Source: a virus (Duplodnaviria > Caudoviricetes). Taken from it: a DNA stretch of 26,783 nt. Below, piece after piece: positions 7,280 through 16,831 of this stretch. Made by a program: the position numbers and the translations under genes. Position 1 is the first letter of the stretch; the number at the start of each line of letters is the position of its first letter. The notes under the pieces are model-generated. The model ran no database searches and was not told the origin of the DNA. It saw only the letters and a list, made by a program, of their open reading frames with translations. The DNA is taken from positions 1-26,783 of IMG/VR virus record IMGVR_UViG_3300030376_007003; one strand, 5' to 3'.

Positions 7280-7710
7280 TTTTTAGGTTTAACCGGAAAA
7301 GGCGGCCGGGTCATGTTTTGCTCTGCCAATTTTTGGCAATGCTTAGAATAAAATAATGGAATGGCTAAATATATGCCGTACCCAATGGCTGCAAAAATTA
7401 GCATTTTTTTTAAATCATTTAAAAATGAAGAAAAACCGGTGTTTTGTTTGGCCACTTGGTCGGCAATAACTGCTGCAATTTGGCCTTGGCTTATTTGCTC
7501 AACCATATCTTTTTTGTCTGGGTCTGCTGCCCAATCATACGCAATCCCACTACCATAACCAAGTGTTGAACCAATTGCAGCCCCTGGAATGCCTCCTAGT
7601 GCTGCTCCTCCGGTGGCTCCGGCTAAACTGCCAACAAATGGAGCAGTTTTAGACCTTGAGCAAGAAGTAACAATTGCCAAGGCAATTAAACCAAGGCAAA
7701 TACATTTCAT
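7276..7710 (-). CDS. Glycine-zipper lipoprotein with C-terminal TM helix, putative unimolecular spanin
   Basis: Signal peptide plus lipobox VTS-C, GxxxG zipper, TM MLIFAAIGYGIYLAIPLFY; next to the holin. Confidence 0.6.
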   Translation of the reverse strand: MKCICLGLIALAIVTSCSRSKTAPFVGSLAGATGGAALGGIPGAAIGSTLGYGSGIAYDWAADPDKKDMVEQISQGQIAAVIADQVAKQNTGFSSFLNDLKKMLIFAAIGYGIYLAIPLFYSKHCQKLAEQNMTRPPFPVKPKK

Positions 7711-8037
7711 TTATGAAACCGTGATGGACCCGGTTGATTCTACTATTTCTGAGTCCCCAACTAGGTTTGAAGCACTTACACCGTAATAATAATCACCGGC
7801 AACAGATTCGTCATATGAAACCGTAAAAGTTTCTCCGGTTGTGCTAGAATTTCCGGTATTTGTGCTTTCAAGTGCAATATTAGTGCCTGTACCACTAACA
7901 GACCAGGTTGACCCGGAAAGTGAAACCGTCCCAATTAATGAATCACTAGTCAAAATAGTTGAACTAGTACTTTGATAAATTTTAAAAGCAGTTTCATTGT
8001 CTGCGTTGTCAGTCCAAGAAATTTGTATTTTTGCCAT
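7711..8037 (-). CDS. Stand-alone fibronectin type III domain protein (N-terminal A-strand missing)
   Basis: ISWTDNADNETAFKIY...YYYGVSASNLVGDS Fn3 signature; has its own GACA motif upstream. Confidence 0.8.
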   Translation of the reverse strand: MAKIQISWTDNADNETAFKIYQSTSSTILTSDSLIGTVSLSGSTWSVSGTGTNIALESTNTGNSSTTGETFTVSYDESVAGDYYYGVSASNLVGDSEIVESTGSITVS

Positions 8038-8057
8038 ACTATTGGCAAGCTTGTCAC
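8038..8057 (-). promoter_or_regulatory. Late-gene GACA motif
   Basis: GTGACA-AGCTTGCCAATAGT-ATG. Confidence 0.6.
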
Positions 8058-8058
8058 C

Positions 8059-9786
8059 TTAATCTATTAAATCTAATCGTAAAACTGCTTCGTTTACTAG
8101 CGCATCACCGTTTGAATCTAACCAATTTATTCTAATAACCGTGCGGCCTCGCAATGCTGAAACATCATTACCCCCGTCCACAATGGTGTATGACCAATTC
8201 ATACCGGCATGGTTTCCGATAACCACATCAAAAAGGCCAGAGTTATTTCCGGTGGTTTCATTTGTTAAAGTTACCGCAAACTGTGCGGTATTTGCAATAT
8301 TTGGTAATGGTATGTGAACCCGGTAATAATTCCCATTACTATAAGTCATGCCATAAATTTCAGTCCATTCGCCAGAGCTTGTAGGTACATTTGTTTGACT
8401 TCGTAGTGGTGAGTCTAAAGTTCCACCTTCACCGTGGTATACTGTAATTGTGCTTGGTGTGGTAGTGCCTGGGCTAATATCTTGAACAATCGGGACGCCT
8501 GGGGCGGTTGGCAAAACATTAGTAGCAATATTCCAATCTGTATGCCTTACAAAATTAGAATCTATATTTATCCATACGCTAGAATTATTATTATTTTTTA
8601 ATAAAATTCTTGTAACCGTGCCATTTAACAAAGTTATTTTTGTAGCTTCGTAATTTTGATTAGTAGTAAAATTATTTGGTGGTGTAGTTGTTAAAATTTG
8701 GATTTGTGGGTTTTGTAAACCTTCATCCTCAAAAACTAAATTACCGGTTGTAGAACCATTGCTTTTTTGTGTTGGAAAAATATCTTGATTTGTAATGTCA
8801 AGTAATTGAATGTTGCTTGGTTCTAAAGCAAAAGTTTCTGTTTGGGTTCCTGGTGCAAATTCTAATTGTGTGCCGGTTGGATATGTAGTTGCATGGTTAA
8901 AATCTGCGTTTGCCATATAATAAATTTGTGCAGCAGTTGTTGAATTATCATGTTGGTTTGCATTGCTCCAAATTTTTGAACCGTCCGATCTTCTATATTG
9001 CCGGCCACCATTTTCCTGTGTTTGTAAAATTTTTAAAAATTCGCCCACAATAGTTGTTTTCCCGGCATTTTCCCAACTAGCGGTTACTATACGGTCACCA
9101 AAATTGTGTGTGTGGTATTGTCCAAGTCCAAAATTATATAAATAAAGCGGATAATAGTAGCCTAGTCCATTATTACCGTCATCACCATAAACAATATATG
9201 CCACATTTTGTAATGTGGTAATATCAGATGGGGCTGATGGTGCATCTTGTTGATTTGTGTTTATTTCGCTTATTTGAATTGTGCTTGGTGCTGCCGGTAT
9301 TATTGTTGGTGCAGTATTAACTGCAATAATTGTACTTGGTTCATTTGGCAGCGTTGTATTTACTTGGCTAAATAAATTTAATTGATTTCGTACTGTGACA
9401 TTACCTTGAGCAAATGTTGTGCTTTGTCCTTGTCCATTGTTTACTTGTATCTCAAAAGTTAAATTTACTGATTCAATATTAGCTAATGCAGTTTCTAATC
9501 CAATTGTGTTTAAATTTAAATCGGCAATGTAGCAATTATTTGCATAACTAAAAGATTCTGTTTTTGCATAACTTTGATTTGGCACTATGTTGCCGATTGC
9601 AAATATTATTTCATTGTTTGCTTGTCCGCTAAATTCTGCCAGGTTTCCGGCTCCGTCTGTAAACATTATTTGCAAAGGTAAAACATCACCAAAAAATAAA
9701 GTTGGCATATTCGCCGCTTGATTGTCTGCTTGCCCGGCAATCAAGGCGTTTTTTGGGTCTGCGGTTGTGTCAATGTAAATCTTCAT
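8059..9786 (-). CDS. Tail fibre/receptor-binding protein 2 (baseplate-anchor-like N-terminus, mosaic C-terminus)
   Basis: N-terminal ~135 aa paralogous to 9783-11165; N/T/G-rich beta composition; located at the end of the tail module. Confidence 0.65.
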   Translation of the reverse strand: MKIYIDTTADPKNALIAGQADNQAANMPTLFFGDVLPLQIMFTDGAGNLAEFSGQANNEIIFAIGNIVPNQSYAKTESFSYANNCYIADLNLNTIGLETALANIESVNLTFEIQVNNGQGQSTTFAQGNVTVRNQLNLFSQVNTTLPNEPSTIIAVNTAPTIIPAAPSTIQISEINTNQQDAPSAPSDITTLQNVAYIVYGDDGNNGLGYYYPLYLYNFGLGQYHTHNFGDRIVTASWENAGKTTIVGEFLKILQTQENGGRQYRRSDGSKIWSNANQHDNSTTAAQIYYMANADFNHATTYPTGTQLEFAPGTQTETFALEPSNIQLLDITNQDIFPTQKSNGSTTGNLVFEDEGLQNPQIQILTTTPPNNFTTNQNYEATKITLLNGTVTRILLKNNNNSSVWINIDSNFVRHTDWNIATNVLPTAPGVPIVQDISPGTTTPSTITVYHGEGGTLDSPLRSQTNVPTSSGEWTEIYGMTYSNGNYYRVHIPLPNIANTAQFAVTLTNETTGNNSGLFDVVIGNHAGMNWSYTIVDGGNDVSALRGRTVIRINWLDSNGDALVNEAVLRLDLID

Positions 9787-11165
9787 GGTGCAGAATTTTT
9801 ATATTGGTGGCCGGTTGGCAAGTTTTCTTCCAATCCCCATTTATGAGCCAAGTAACCTTCAATTTTTTGTCTTACAGTATCGCTCGTTGAATCTACAATT
9901 ATAATTTCAGCAATTTCCCCTTCTGGATAATTATTTTCTGCTCGATTTGTAAATATTTTTAAATCTACATTTGAAGCTAATTTACTTGTATAATTTTGGG
10001 CAATAGTACCTTGAAGTTGTTCACCATTTACAAGTAATCTGTATTTTCCATCATCAGAAAAATCAAGGTCTGCACAAAATATGTTAAAACCAATCAAGCC
10101 GGCATTACTTGCAACGGTTGTTGAACCGTTAGGTTGATTTGCAAAAGTCAAAATTCCTCTAAACTGTGAATTATTTCCTGCACCTATTTGCCAGTCATTG
10201 CTTGCGGCATCCATTGCAATAATTGCGTCTGCATTATTATCTACCGTTGTTACATTACAAACAATATATGCTTGTAAGTTTCCGCTTGTTGGATTTGTAA
10301 AATTATTTATTTCAAAATAATCATTACCATCAAGTGCAATAACATTTAAATTATTTTGCTCTGTTGTGTTTGTTATTGGGGCTGCGTTTGCAATTAAATT
10401 ATTATTATTACCGCTTTTGTCATTCCATTGAGTAACAATGTTTTGGTTATGTGTGATAGTTGAACTATCTGATGCATCCAACCACAATTCTGTATCTATT
10501 TCGCTTGGCAACCATTCTTGTAAAAATTCCCATTGTAAACCATTATGCGTAAAATGTATTCCTACACCGCCGCCGGTAGTTTGTGCGTGTACTAAATCAG
10601 ACTGCACAAGTGTTATAGTGTAGATTTCCCCCAGGACTAAGCCTCTAGCGGGTTTATCTTGTAAAGCCAAAATTTGTCTACCTACATCGGACAATAAAAA
10701 TGTAGTTGGTTCGCTTGTGTTTTGAATTGTTACATTTTGTGGCGCGCTTGGTAATTCATAAAATTTAATCAATTGGTTTTGTATAGTGCATGGCATTTGG
10801 CAAAGTGTATTTGTTTTTCCGTTTGCATATGATATTTGAATTTCAAAAGTAAAAGTTTTTTGCTCTACTTCGTTTATTTCAGATGCCATTTTAATAGTTG
10901 CCAAATTTAAAACTGCTTTTCCATCACCGTCTAAATTTGTTTGTGTCAAAATTTCCCTAGTGCTTAATTTACCAATGGCAATTTTTATTTCGTGGCCGCC
11001 TTGCCCGGTAAATGGCGCAAGTCCCCCACCCTCTCCTAAAAACACTATTTCAATTGGTTTAACATCGCCAAAAATTAAAGTTGGTACGGTGGCTAAATGA
11101 TTATTACCGGCAGCCCGGACCAAACTTTGTGTAGCGTCTAAAGTCGTATTACAAAATAGTTTCAC
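9783..11165 (-). CDS. Tail fibre/receptor-binding protein 1 with C-terminal LamG/ConA-like domain
   Basis: LWLDASD...QWNDKSGNNN...GEIAEIII...RQKIEGYLAHKWG pattern of lectin-like phage tail domains. Confidence 0.72.
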   Translation of the reverse strand: MKLFCNTTLDATQSLVRAAGNNHLATVPTLIFGDVKPIEIVFLGEGGGLAPFTGQGGHEIKIAIGKLSTREILTQTNLDGDGKAVLNLATIKMASEINEVEQKTFTFEIQISYANGKTNTLCQMPCTIQNQLIKFYELPSAPQNVTIQNTSEPTTFLLSDVGRQILALQDKPARGLVLGEIYTITLVQSDLVHAQTTGGGVGIHFTHNGLQWEFLQEWLPSEIDTELWLDASDSSTITHNQNIVTQWNDKSGNNNNLIANAAPITNTTEQNNLNVIALDGNDYFEINNFTNPTSGNLQAYIVCNVTTVDNNADAIIAMDAASNDWQIGAGNNSQFRGILTFANQPNGSTTVASNAGLIGFNIFCADLDFSDDGKYRLLVNGEQLQGTIAQNYTSKLASNVDLKIFTNRAENNYPEGEIAEIIIVDSTSDTVRQKIEGYLAHKWGLEENLPTGHQYKNSAP

Positions 11166-11186
11166 TTTAAAGGGTTTGTTTGTCTA
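11166..11186 (-). promoter_or_regulatory. Late-gene GACA motif
   Basis: TAGACA-AACAAACCCTTTAAA-GTG; the TAG doubles as the stop codon of the upstream gene. Confidence 0.62.
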
Positions 11187-12032
11187 TTGTTCACAATCAA
11201 AAGAAATAAATTTATAATTTACAGTCCCTTGTGCGTTGTTTGTTTGTTTGCTTTGGTATGGCTCGTTGCCCTCAATCCAACCTTGTTGCCCAATTGGAAT
11301 TTTTCCCCCGGTCCACTCTTTTATTGTTTCGCCTTGGCTTGTTTCCCATGTGGCAGAAAAATCAATATATTTTACCGGGTCTTTTACATCTCCATTTAAG
11401 TCGTATTGCTGACTAGTTTGGCCTAAATATATCAAATTTCTATCATAAAATTCTGAAAGCGGAGATGGTGAAACATTTGAATGCCAAAAATTAACTTGCA
11501 AAGCCAAATCATTATTAATCAAAACTGCTTTTGGTTCTGTTAAACTGTAAATTTCCTTTTGTCTCAAACCTACTATAACATTAGGAGAAATAGTAGGTAT
11601 AATAGAAGTTGTGTTTTGCCCATTAAATCCCACACAAGTTCTTTCATTTGGTAAAAAAATGTCCGGGTTTGGGTCTGCGGTTGTGGCCGGTTTTGTAAAA
11701 TGATAAATTATATTTTTCTGCAAACTGACATTTGTATTTTGTGAAATATATTCATAGGTATCTGTTGCAGAATTATAACTTTGTTCCGTATTGGTAGAAT
11801 TTACAGAATAATTTATATCAATTTCCAATCTATAAATAGTAAACCAAAATCTTAAAAGGTCTGCATATGTTAAATTGTTTAAATACTGATAAAAATTGTC
11901 AGAATAAACATTTCCAAATTGTGTAAAATCTTGGCTTTGTTCTGCAATAGTCGGATTTTGCAATGCCAGGTCTAATCTAAAATTGTAAGCTGCAAATTTT
12001 GGAATTGGTTGTATAATATCATTTAGAAGCAT
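11184..12032 (-). CDS. Putative tail-tip protein
   Basis: 282-aa ORF between TMP and fibres; call is by synteny only. Confidence 0.55.
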   Translation of the reverse strand: MLLNDIIQPIPKFAAYNFRLDLALQNPTIAEQSQDFTQFGNVYSDNFYQYLNNLTYADLLRFWFTIYRLEIDINYSVNSTNTEQSYNSATDTYEYISQNTNVSLQKNIIYHFTKPATTADPNPDIFLPNERTCVGFNGQNTTSIIPTISPNVIVGLRQKEIYSLTEPKAVLINNDLALQVNFWHSNVSPSPLSEFYDRNLIYLGQTSQQYDLNGDVKDPVKYIDFSATWETSQGETIKEWTGGKIPIGQQGWIEGNEPYQSKQTNNAQGTVNYKFISFDCEQ

Positions 12033-12317
12033 TTATGTAGTATAAAAGGTTTTTTGTACTGCTTGGCCGTTTTCGCAAATATACATTGTAAATTCTTGGC
12101 CGGTTATATTACTTGGGCTTGTTTGTGTTGGTTCTGGTGGTTGCGGTATTGTTAAAACTACACCATTAGAACCATAAGAAGCATTAAAATATTCTCCGTA
12201 ATTTATGGTAATGTTCTGCAATGCGTTGATTGCGTCAACTAATTCATTTGCTTTTGCAGCACTTAAAAGGGTTGGTGTTTGCCCGGCCCTTAATCGACTA
12301 ATAATTTCACCACTCAC
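12033..12317 (-). CDS. Small putative tail-tip protein
   Basis: 94 aa, LSAAKANELVDAINAL helix; call is by synteny. Confidence 0.55.
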   Translation of the reverse strand: MSGEIISRLRAGQTPTLLSAAKANELVDAINALQNITINYGEYFNASYGSNGVVLTIPQPPEPTQTSPSNITGQEFTMYICENGQAVQKTFYTT

Positions 12318-13273
12318 CTAAATTTTATTAAAGTGTTTTTAGTGGTGTAAATACTACCAATGAACTGCTCTACCACCGTTTCGTTTGGTTGAATTTCCAC
12401 ACCATCAGTAATGTAATTTTGATAGGTTGCTTCACTTGGTGAGCTTGTGGTACTTAAAAAATTAGTTTCTTCAGAGCTACCAATTTTGGTATATGTATTT
12501 ATAACCTCCTGCCCCTCAACCGTGCTTGTTGATTGCTCAACAGTTCTTTTTTTGTCAAAAATTTTAAATTGGTCTGTAATTTCTAAATTATCAAAATTAT
12601 ATCCATTTGCTAAAGCTGCAACTGCTTGCCAATCATCTTGGCCTTTGCCTTGCCTAGTAAATTTTAAAGTTATCTCAACATCATTAAAAAATATTTTGAA
12701 ATCTGAATTTTCTAATATTTCTGTTGGGTAATATATTTGTTCTTTATATAAAATTGCAGTTGATAGTGTTATTTCACCTTTTTGTAAAGTAATAGTTTTT
12801 GCATTGGTGTTATCTAGTAAATTGTGCCATTGCACTACCTGGCGGCCGGTTACTTGCTTGGTAATTGGGTTTCTCCAAATGCGTTCTTTAAAATCCGTTA
12901 AAGTGCTTGTGGTGTTCCCATCTTCATCAATCTCTGTTGTGTATTGTGGTTCTAAACTTTTAAAACCTGGAAAAGCGTAAGAAATTAAAACCGGTTGTTC
13001 ATATTGTGTAGTTGGAAATTCACAAAAAGTCCGGGTAAAACTAAAAAGGCCACCTGCTAAATTACTAAAATTTGATTCTTCAACTAAAATTGCATTGGCA
13101 TGAACCGGGTGAGTTATGCCAATTTGTGGAACTGTGTACTCACTAGCTAATTGCACAAAATCTTGAAAATATAATTTTAAAGAGTTAAAATTTTGTATTG
13201 GGTAAGTTGTTCTAGCTGCCTTAATTGCAACCGGTCGTACAAAATTACCATCATATGTAATATTACTTATCAT
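12314..13273 (-). CDS. Putative distal tail/hub protein
   Basis: First large beta-rich ORF after the TMP, with a THP..LVEE...FTRTF pattern. Confidence 0.55.
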   Translation of the reverse strand: MISNITYDGNFVRPVAIKAARTTYPIQNFNSLKLYFQDFVQLASEYTVPQIGITHPVHANAILVEESNFSNLAGGLFSFTRTFCEFPTTQYEQPVLISYAFPGFKSLEPQYTTEIDEDGNTTSTLTDFKERIWRNPITKQVTGRQVVQWHNLLDNTNAKTITLQKGEITLSTAILYKEQIYYPTEILENSDFKIFFNDVEITLKFTRQGKGQDDWQAVAALANGYNFDNLEITDQFKIFDKKRTVEQSTSTVEGQEVINTYTKIGSSEETNFLSTTSSPSEATYQNYITDGVEIQPNETVVEQFIGSIYTTKNTLIKFR

Positions 13274-13284
13274 TTCGCCCTAAA

Positions 13285-13575
13285 TCATTTTTTTTGTTTT
13301 TGTTTTTGCTCTTGCTTTTGCTTGTTTTGGATTTGCTGCTGCTTTGTTTGGATTTGTTTTTCTTTAGATTGTTCTTTTTTTTGTTTTTGTTTTTGTTTTT
13401 GTTTTTGTTCTAAATCTTTATTTCTATCCTTCTGTATTTTTTGTTTTTGTTCGTTCGTAATAATTTGGTTATTTTTAGTTTTTCCGGTTTTTGTGGTTAT
13501 TGAAAGCGAGCCTTTAGTTGTACCTTGTTTTTCAACCGTTACTTTTACTTTTCCAACTCTTCTGCTAGTTTTCAT
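13285..13575 (-). CDS. Gln/Lys-rich low-complexity basic protein
   Basis: Open frame fills the TMP-to-tail gap; (QK)n tract. Confidence 0.5.
   Translation of the reverse strand: MKTSRRVGKVKVTVEKQGTTKGSLSITTKTGKTKNNQIITNEQKQKIQKDRNKDLEQKQKQKQKQKKEQSKEKQIQTKQQQIQNKQKQEQKQKQKK
13381..13409. repeat. Hexanucleotide tandem repeat (TTGTTT)n, nearly 5 copies
   Basis: ttgtttttgtttttgtttttgtttttgtt, encoding QKQKQKQKQ. Confidence 0.8.
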
Positions 13576-16213
13576 TAACAAATCTACCTTGTAAAATTTC
13601 TATTATTTCTTCCATTGTTGCATCCTTTGCCAAGCTTTCAGTATCTACTTCTAAATTTATATAATTATTAACCGGTGTTGGTTCTGGTGCGCCAGGTCCA
13701 CCAGGTGGTAAATTTAAATTTTGTATTTCTCCGGCAATCCGGTTTCCTAATTGTGCTATTGCTTGGCTTAAACTGCCTTGCAAGTCAGAGAAATCCGGTA
13801 CTTGGCCATTTTCTTGTATGGCTGCCAATATATTTCTTAAAGTTGATTCAGTTGCTAAATGGTCTGTTTCAACTTCAAGATTAATTGAATTATTTACCGG
13901 TGTTTGGTGTATATCTCCCATTCCACCACCACCTGGAATTAATCGCATGATTGCCAACCTAATTGCTTCACCGGCATCTCTAATAGCCTGTTCACCGGCC
14001 GTAAGTGCTTGGCCAAGTCCTTGTTGCACTTGATTGCCTACTTGTTGCAAATCTTGTTCAGCATTTGCTTTTTGTCGCTGCAAATCTGCTTCTTTTTGTG
14101 CGGCTGCTCTTTGCAGTTCTCTTTGTTTGTCCGCTGCTTCTTGTGCAATTTCAGCCCTGCGATTTTGCAAAGCTTGCATTTGTTCAGCGTGTTGGTCTTC
14201 AATCTGCAACCTTTCTTGCTCTAGTTGTGCCAAATCTGCCCTGGTTTGGTCATCTAATACCAATTCTAGCTTTCTTTCTTTAACTGCGTTTAACCGGTCA
14301 ATTTCTCTTTGCGCGCGGTCCCCACCTTGTGCTTGTAAAGCTAAAATTTGTTGTTCAAGTCCTTGTACTGCTCTGGCTGCCCGGATTCTTGCTCGGTCAT
14401 TTGCATCTATTGCGTCTCCAATGTCTCTTTGTGCCTGTTCTTGTATTGCGGCATTTCTTAAATCAGCTTGTTGCTGCTCGTTCTTTTTTTGTAAAATTTG
14501 ATTTTCTAAACCTAGCTTTCTTTCTAAATGATTGACTGCAACACCACCTTGTAAATTTAAACGGTTTTGTAGTTGTTCAATTTGTCGGTTAATGTCAAGT
14601 TGCTGCTGCAATTTGTCTGCCTCTTCGTTTCGGCCTTGTGCGCGCATTTGTAAAATTCGCAATTTGTCAGATTCTAATTGCCGCCCGGCCTGGTGTAATC
14701 GGTTTTCCTCTTGTAATTTTTGGATAATTGCCTGGCGGTCGGCCTCCTGGTCTTTCAAATCAACTTTTCTTTGTTGTTCCGCTTTTATTTGCTGCTGCAA
14801 TCTTAATTCTTGGTTTTCAGCTTGTACTATTTGAGTAACTAAAGTTACAGCTTGCTGCCTGGTCATATTGCCCTGTTCCATTAACCGGTTTATTTGGTCT
14901 TCTTGGTCGTGCCTTTGTTCTACTACTCTTAGCGCATCTTCTCCACCGTTTCGCATTGCTTCAATGCGTTCTAAAGTCCGCTCTAAAGTTCTTTCTTCTT
15001 GTTGCCTTAAACCATTAATGGCATCAACTGCATTTTTTTCTTTGTTTGCTTCTTCAACAATTGCTTGGTGTTTCCCCAAATTTGCGTTTAATTGCTGATT
15101 TGCCCGGTCATTGGTCTGTAATTTTCTGCCGTTAACCTCATTAAATCGTTCTTGTAATTCATTAAACCTAGTCTGCAAATTTTCTTTTATATTTTGTTGT
15201 TCAATATCTTCTTCAAATATTTGTCTTTTTCGGTCTGCTAGAGTTCTGGCACTTTCAATTTGTGCTTGTTCTAATCTTTGAATTGAAGCTCTTAAAAGTC
15301 TTTCGCTTTCTTCAATATCTCCACCAATTAAGCCAAACAAGCTTATACTTCTAAATGGGTGTATAATTTCTTGTGCGGCTCGATTAGCAGCAGCCGCTAA
15401 TAGTTCAAACTTGGCCATTATTTCACCTTGTATAACACCACCAAGCACTCTTAATGCATTACCTACATTTGGTATAGCTAAAGCCAACAGATCAAATCCT
15501 AGTTTTGCATTTTGCAAAAATCTAATTAGCGGTGGAAAAACTTCAGCACTAAATATTGTAAATTGTCTTTTTGCCTGTTCTAATTTTCCACTAGCATTTT
15601 GCAAAGCTCTAACTGTGTCATTTTCTAAAATTAATCCTAAATTTCTAGCTGAATTTGCATAGTCATCTAAACTCGGTTTTCCTTGCTGAAACATTTGTGT
15701 AAGTGCTGCCCCCTCAGTATCCAAAAATTGAAAAGCAATTCTTAATCTTTCGGCCGGGTTTTGCATTCCTGTCAAAGCAATTCCAAAATCTCTGAACATA
15801 TCTTCTGTGGTCCTAGCTTGGCCTTGTGAGTCAACCATAGAAATATTTAAGCTTCTTAATGTGTCTGCTAATGCTCCACCATTTGCCTGGGCTTCAGCAA
15901 CTCTTCTGGTAAATCGCTGCAATGCAGTTGCTGCGGTATCTGCACTAATTCCACTTTGTTCTGCCGCAAATTGTAATTCTTGCAAAAATGTACTGCTTAC
16001 GCCTAAACGGTCAGACATATCGCCAATTGCTGCCCCAAAATCAATTATTTTTGTTGTGGTTGCTGCAATAGCTGCCGTACCAAGCGAACCAATAAACCGG
16101 TTTTGCATTGTTCGTGCAAACCTTTGAATTTTTGTTTCAGCTTGGTTTAAACCGTCATTAAAACCTCGGCTATCTAAGCCCAACATTACTTTTACATGGT
16201 CTGTAAATGCCAT
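13565..16213 (-). CDS. Tail tape measure protein
   Basis: Longest ORF; N-terminal LGLDSRGF..GL and IGDMSDRLGVS..LQELQFAAEQSG TMP motifs; long coiled coil; follows tube and chaperone. Confidence 0.9.
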   Translation of the reverse strand: MAFTDHVKVMLGLDSRGFNDGLNQAETKIQRFARTMQNRFIGSLGTAAIAATTTKIIDFGAAIGDMSDRLGVSSTFLQELQFAAEQSGISADTAATALQRFTRRVAEAQANGGALADTLRSLNISMVDSQGQARTTEDMFRDFGIALTGMQNPAERLRIAFQFLDTEGAALTQMFQQGKPSLDDYANSARNLGLILENDTVRALQNASGKLEQAKRQFTIFSAEVFPPLIRFLQNAKLGFDLLALAIPNVGNALRVLGGVIQGEIMAKFELLAAAANRAAQEIIHPFRSISLFGLIGGDIEESERLLRASIQRLEQAQIESARTLADRKRQIFEEDIEQQNIKENLQTRFNELQERFNEVNGRKLQTNDRANQQLNANLGKHQAIVEEANKEKNAVDAINGLRQQEERTLERTLERIEAMRNGGEDALRVVEQRHDQEDQINRLMEQGNMTRQQAVTLVTQIVQAENQELRLQQQIKAEQQRKVDLKDQEADRQAIIQKLQEENRLHQAGRQLESDKLRILQMRAQGRNEEADKLQQQLDINRQIEQLQNRLNLQGGVAVNHLERKLGLENQILQKKNEQQQADLRNAAIQEQAQRDIGDAIDANDRARIRAARAVQGLEQQILALQAQGGDRAQREIDRLNAVKERKLELVLDDQTRADLAQLEQERLQIEDQHAEQMQALQNRRAEIAQEAADKQRELQRAAAQKEADLQRQKANAEQDLQQVGNQVQQGLGQALTAGEQAIRDAGEAIRLAIMRLIPGGGGMGDIHQTPVNNSINLEVETDHLATESTLRNILAAIQENGQVPDFSDLQGSLSQAIAQLGNRIAGEIQNLNLPPGGPGAPEPTPVNNYINLEVDTESLAKDATMEEIIEILQGRFVNEN

Positions 16214-16233
16214 GACAAGTGTATGGTTGTCTA
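16214..16233 (-). promoter_or_regulatory. Late-gene GACA motif
   Basis: TAGACA-ACCATACACTTGTC-ATG. Confidence 0.6.
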
Positions 16234-16234
16234 T

Positions 16235-16822
16235 TTAGTTATTTTGTGCCTTTGATTTTCTTGCCTGTTCCAATAAAGCTTTTGCTTCCATCATATCAAT
16301 TGCGCGAAGTTTGGTATAATTTTCACCGGCTTGTTTTGCGTATCTTTCACCAATTGCAGTTGATAATTGGTAAATTTGCCGCATTGGAAGATTCAAAACA
16401 TATTGGATATTCCAACCATATTCTCGGCCAAAAAGGTCTACCATATACGCAACAAAATTCGCATATTTTTTTTGGTCTGAATCTGTGCTTTCTGCATCCT
16501 GGAAAGTTAAGGTCAAATATTCTGTTATTTCTTGAACGGCCAAACCAATACTCAAATCAAAAATTTCCTCAATAAATTCTTGCCTAGCTTTTTTACATAG
16601 TGAATATTTCGGACTAATTACCCACAAAAAAAGCCCAACATCAACCGGGCTGAAAGATTTATTTTTTATAAATGGTGAGTTTATACCATCTAGTAGCAAA
16701 AAATGGTGTAAAGTCATATGGTTGACTTCTACACCGGCAATTTCAGTTTTTAGGTTTAGCCAACTTTCTGATTGCCAGGATTCAGCCTGGTCAATCGCTT
16801 TTTGTATTTCCTCCGGTAGCAC
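16235..16822 (-). CDS. Tail assembly chaperone
   Basis: Lies between tube and TMP; C-terminal LFGREYGWNIQYVLNLPMRQI resembles gpT-like segments. Confidence 0.65.
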   Translation of the reverse strand: MLPEEIQKAIDQAESWQSESWLNLKTEIAGVEVNHMTLHHFLLLDGINSPFIKNKSFSPVDVGLFLWVISPKYSLCKKARQEFIEEIFDLSIGLAVQEITEYLTLTFQDAESTDSDQKKYANFVAYMVDLFGREYGWNIQYVLNLPMRQIYQLSTAIGERYAKQAGENYTKLRAIDMMEAKALLEQARKSKAQNN

Positions 16823-16831
16823 CGGAAAGAA

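Noticed and set aside
16235-16822. Expected G/GT programmed frameshift in the tail chaperone
   Set aside because: One ORF fills the whole tube-to-TMP interval and already includes the T-like segment, so no second frame is needed.
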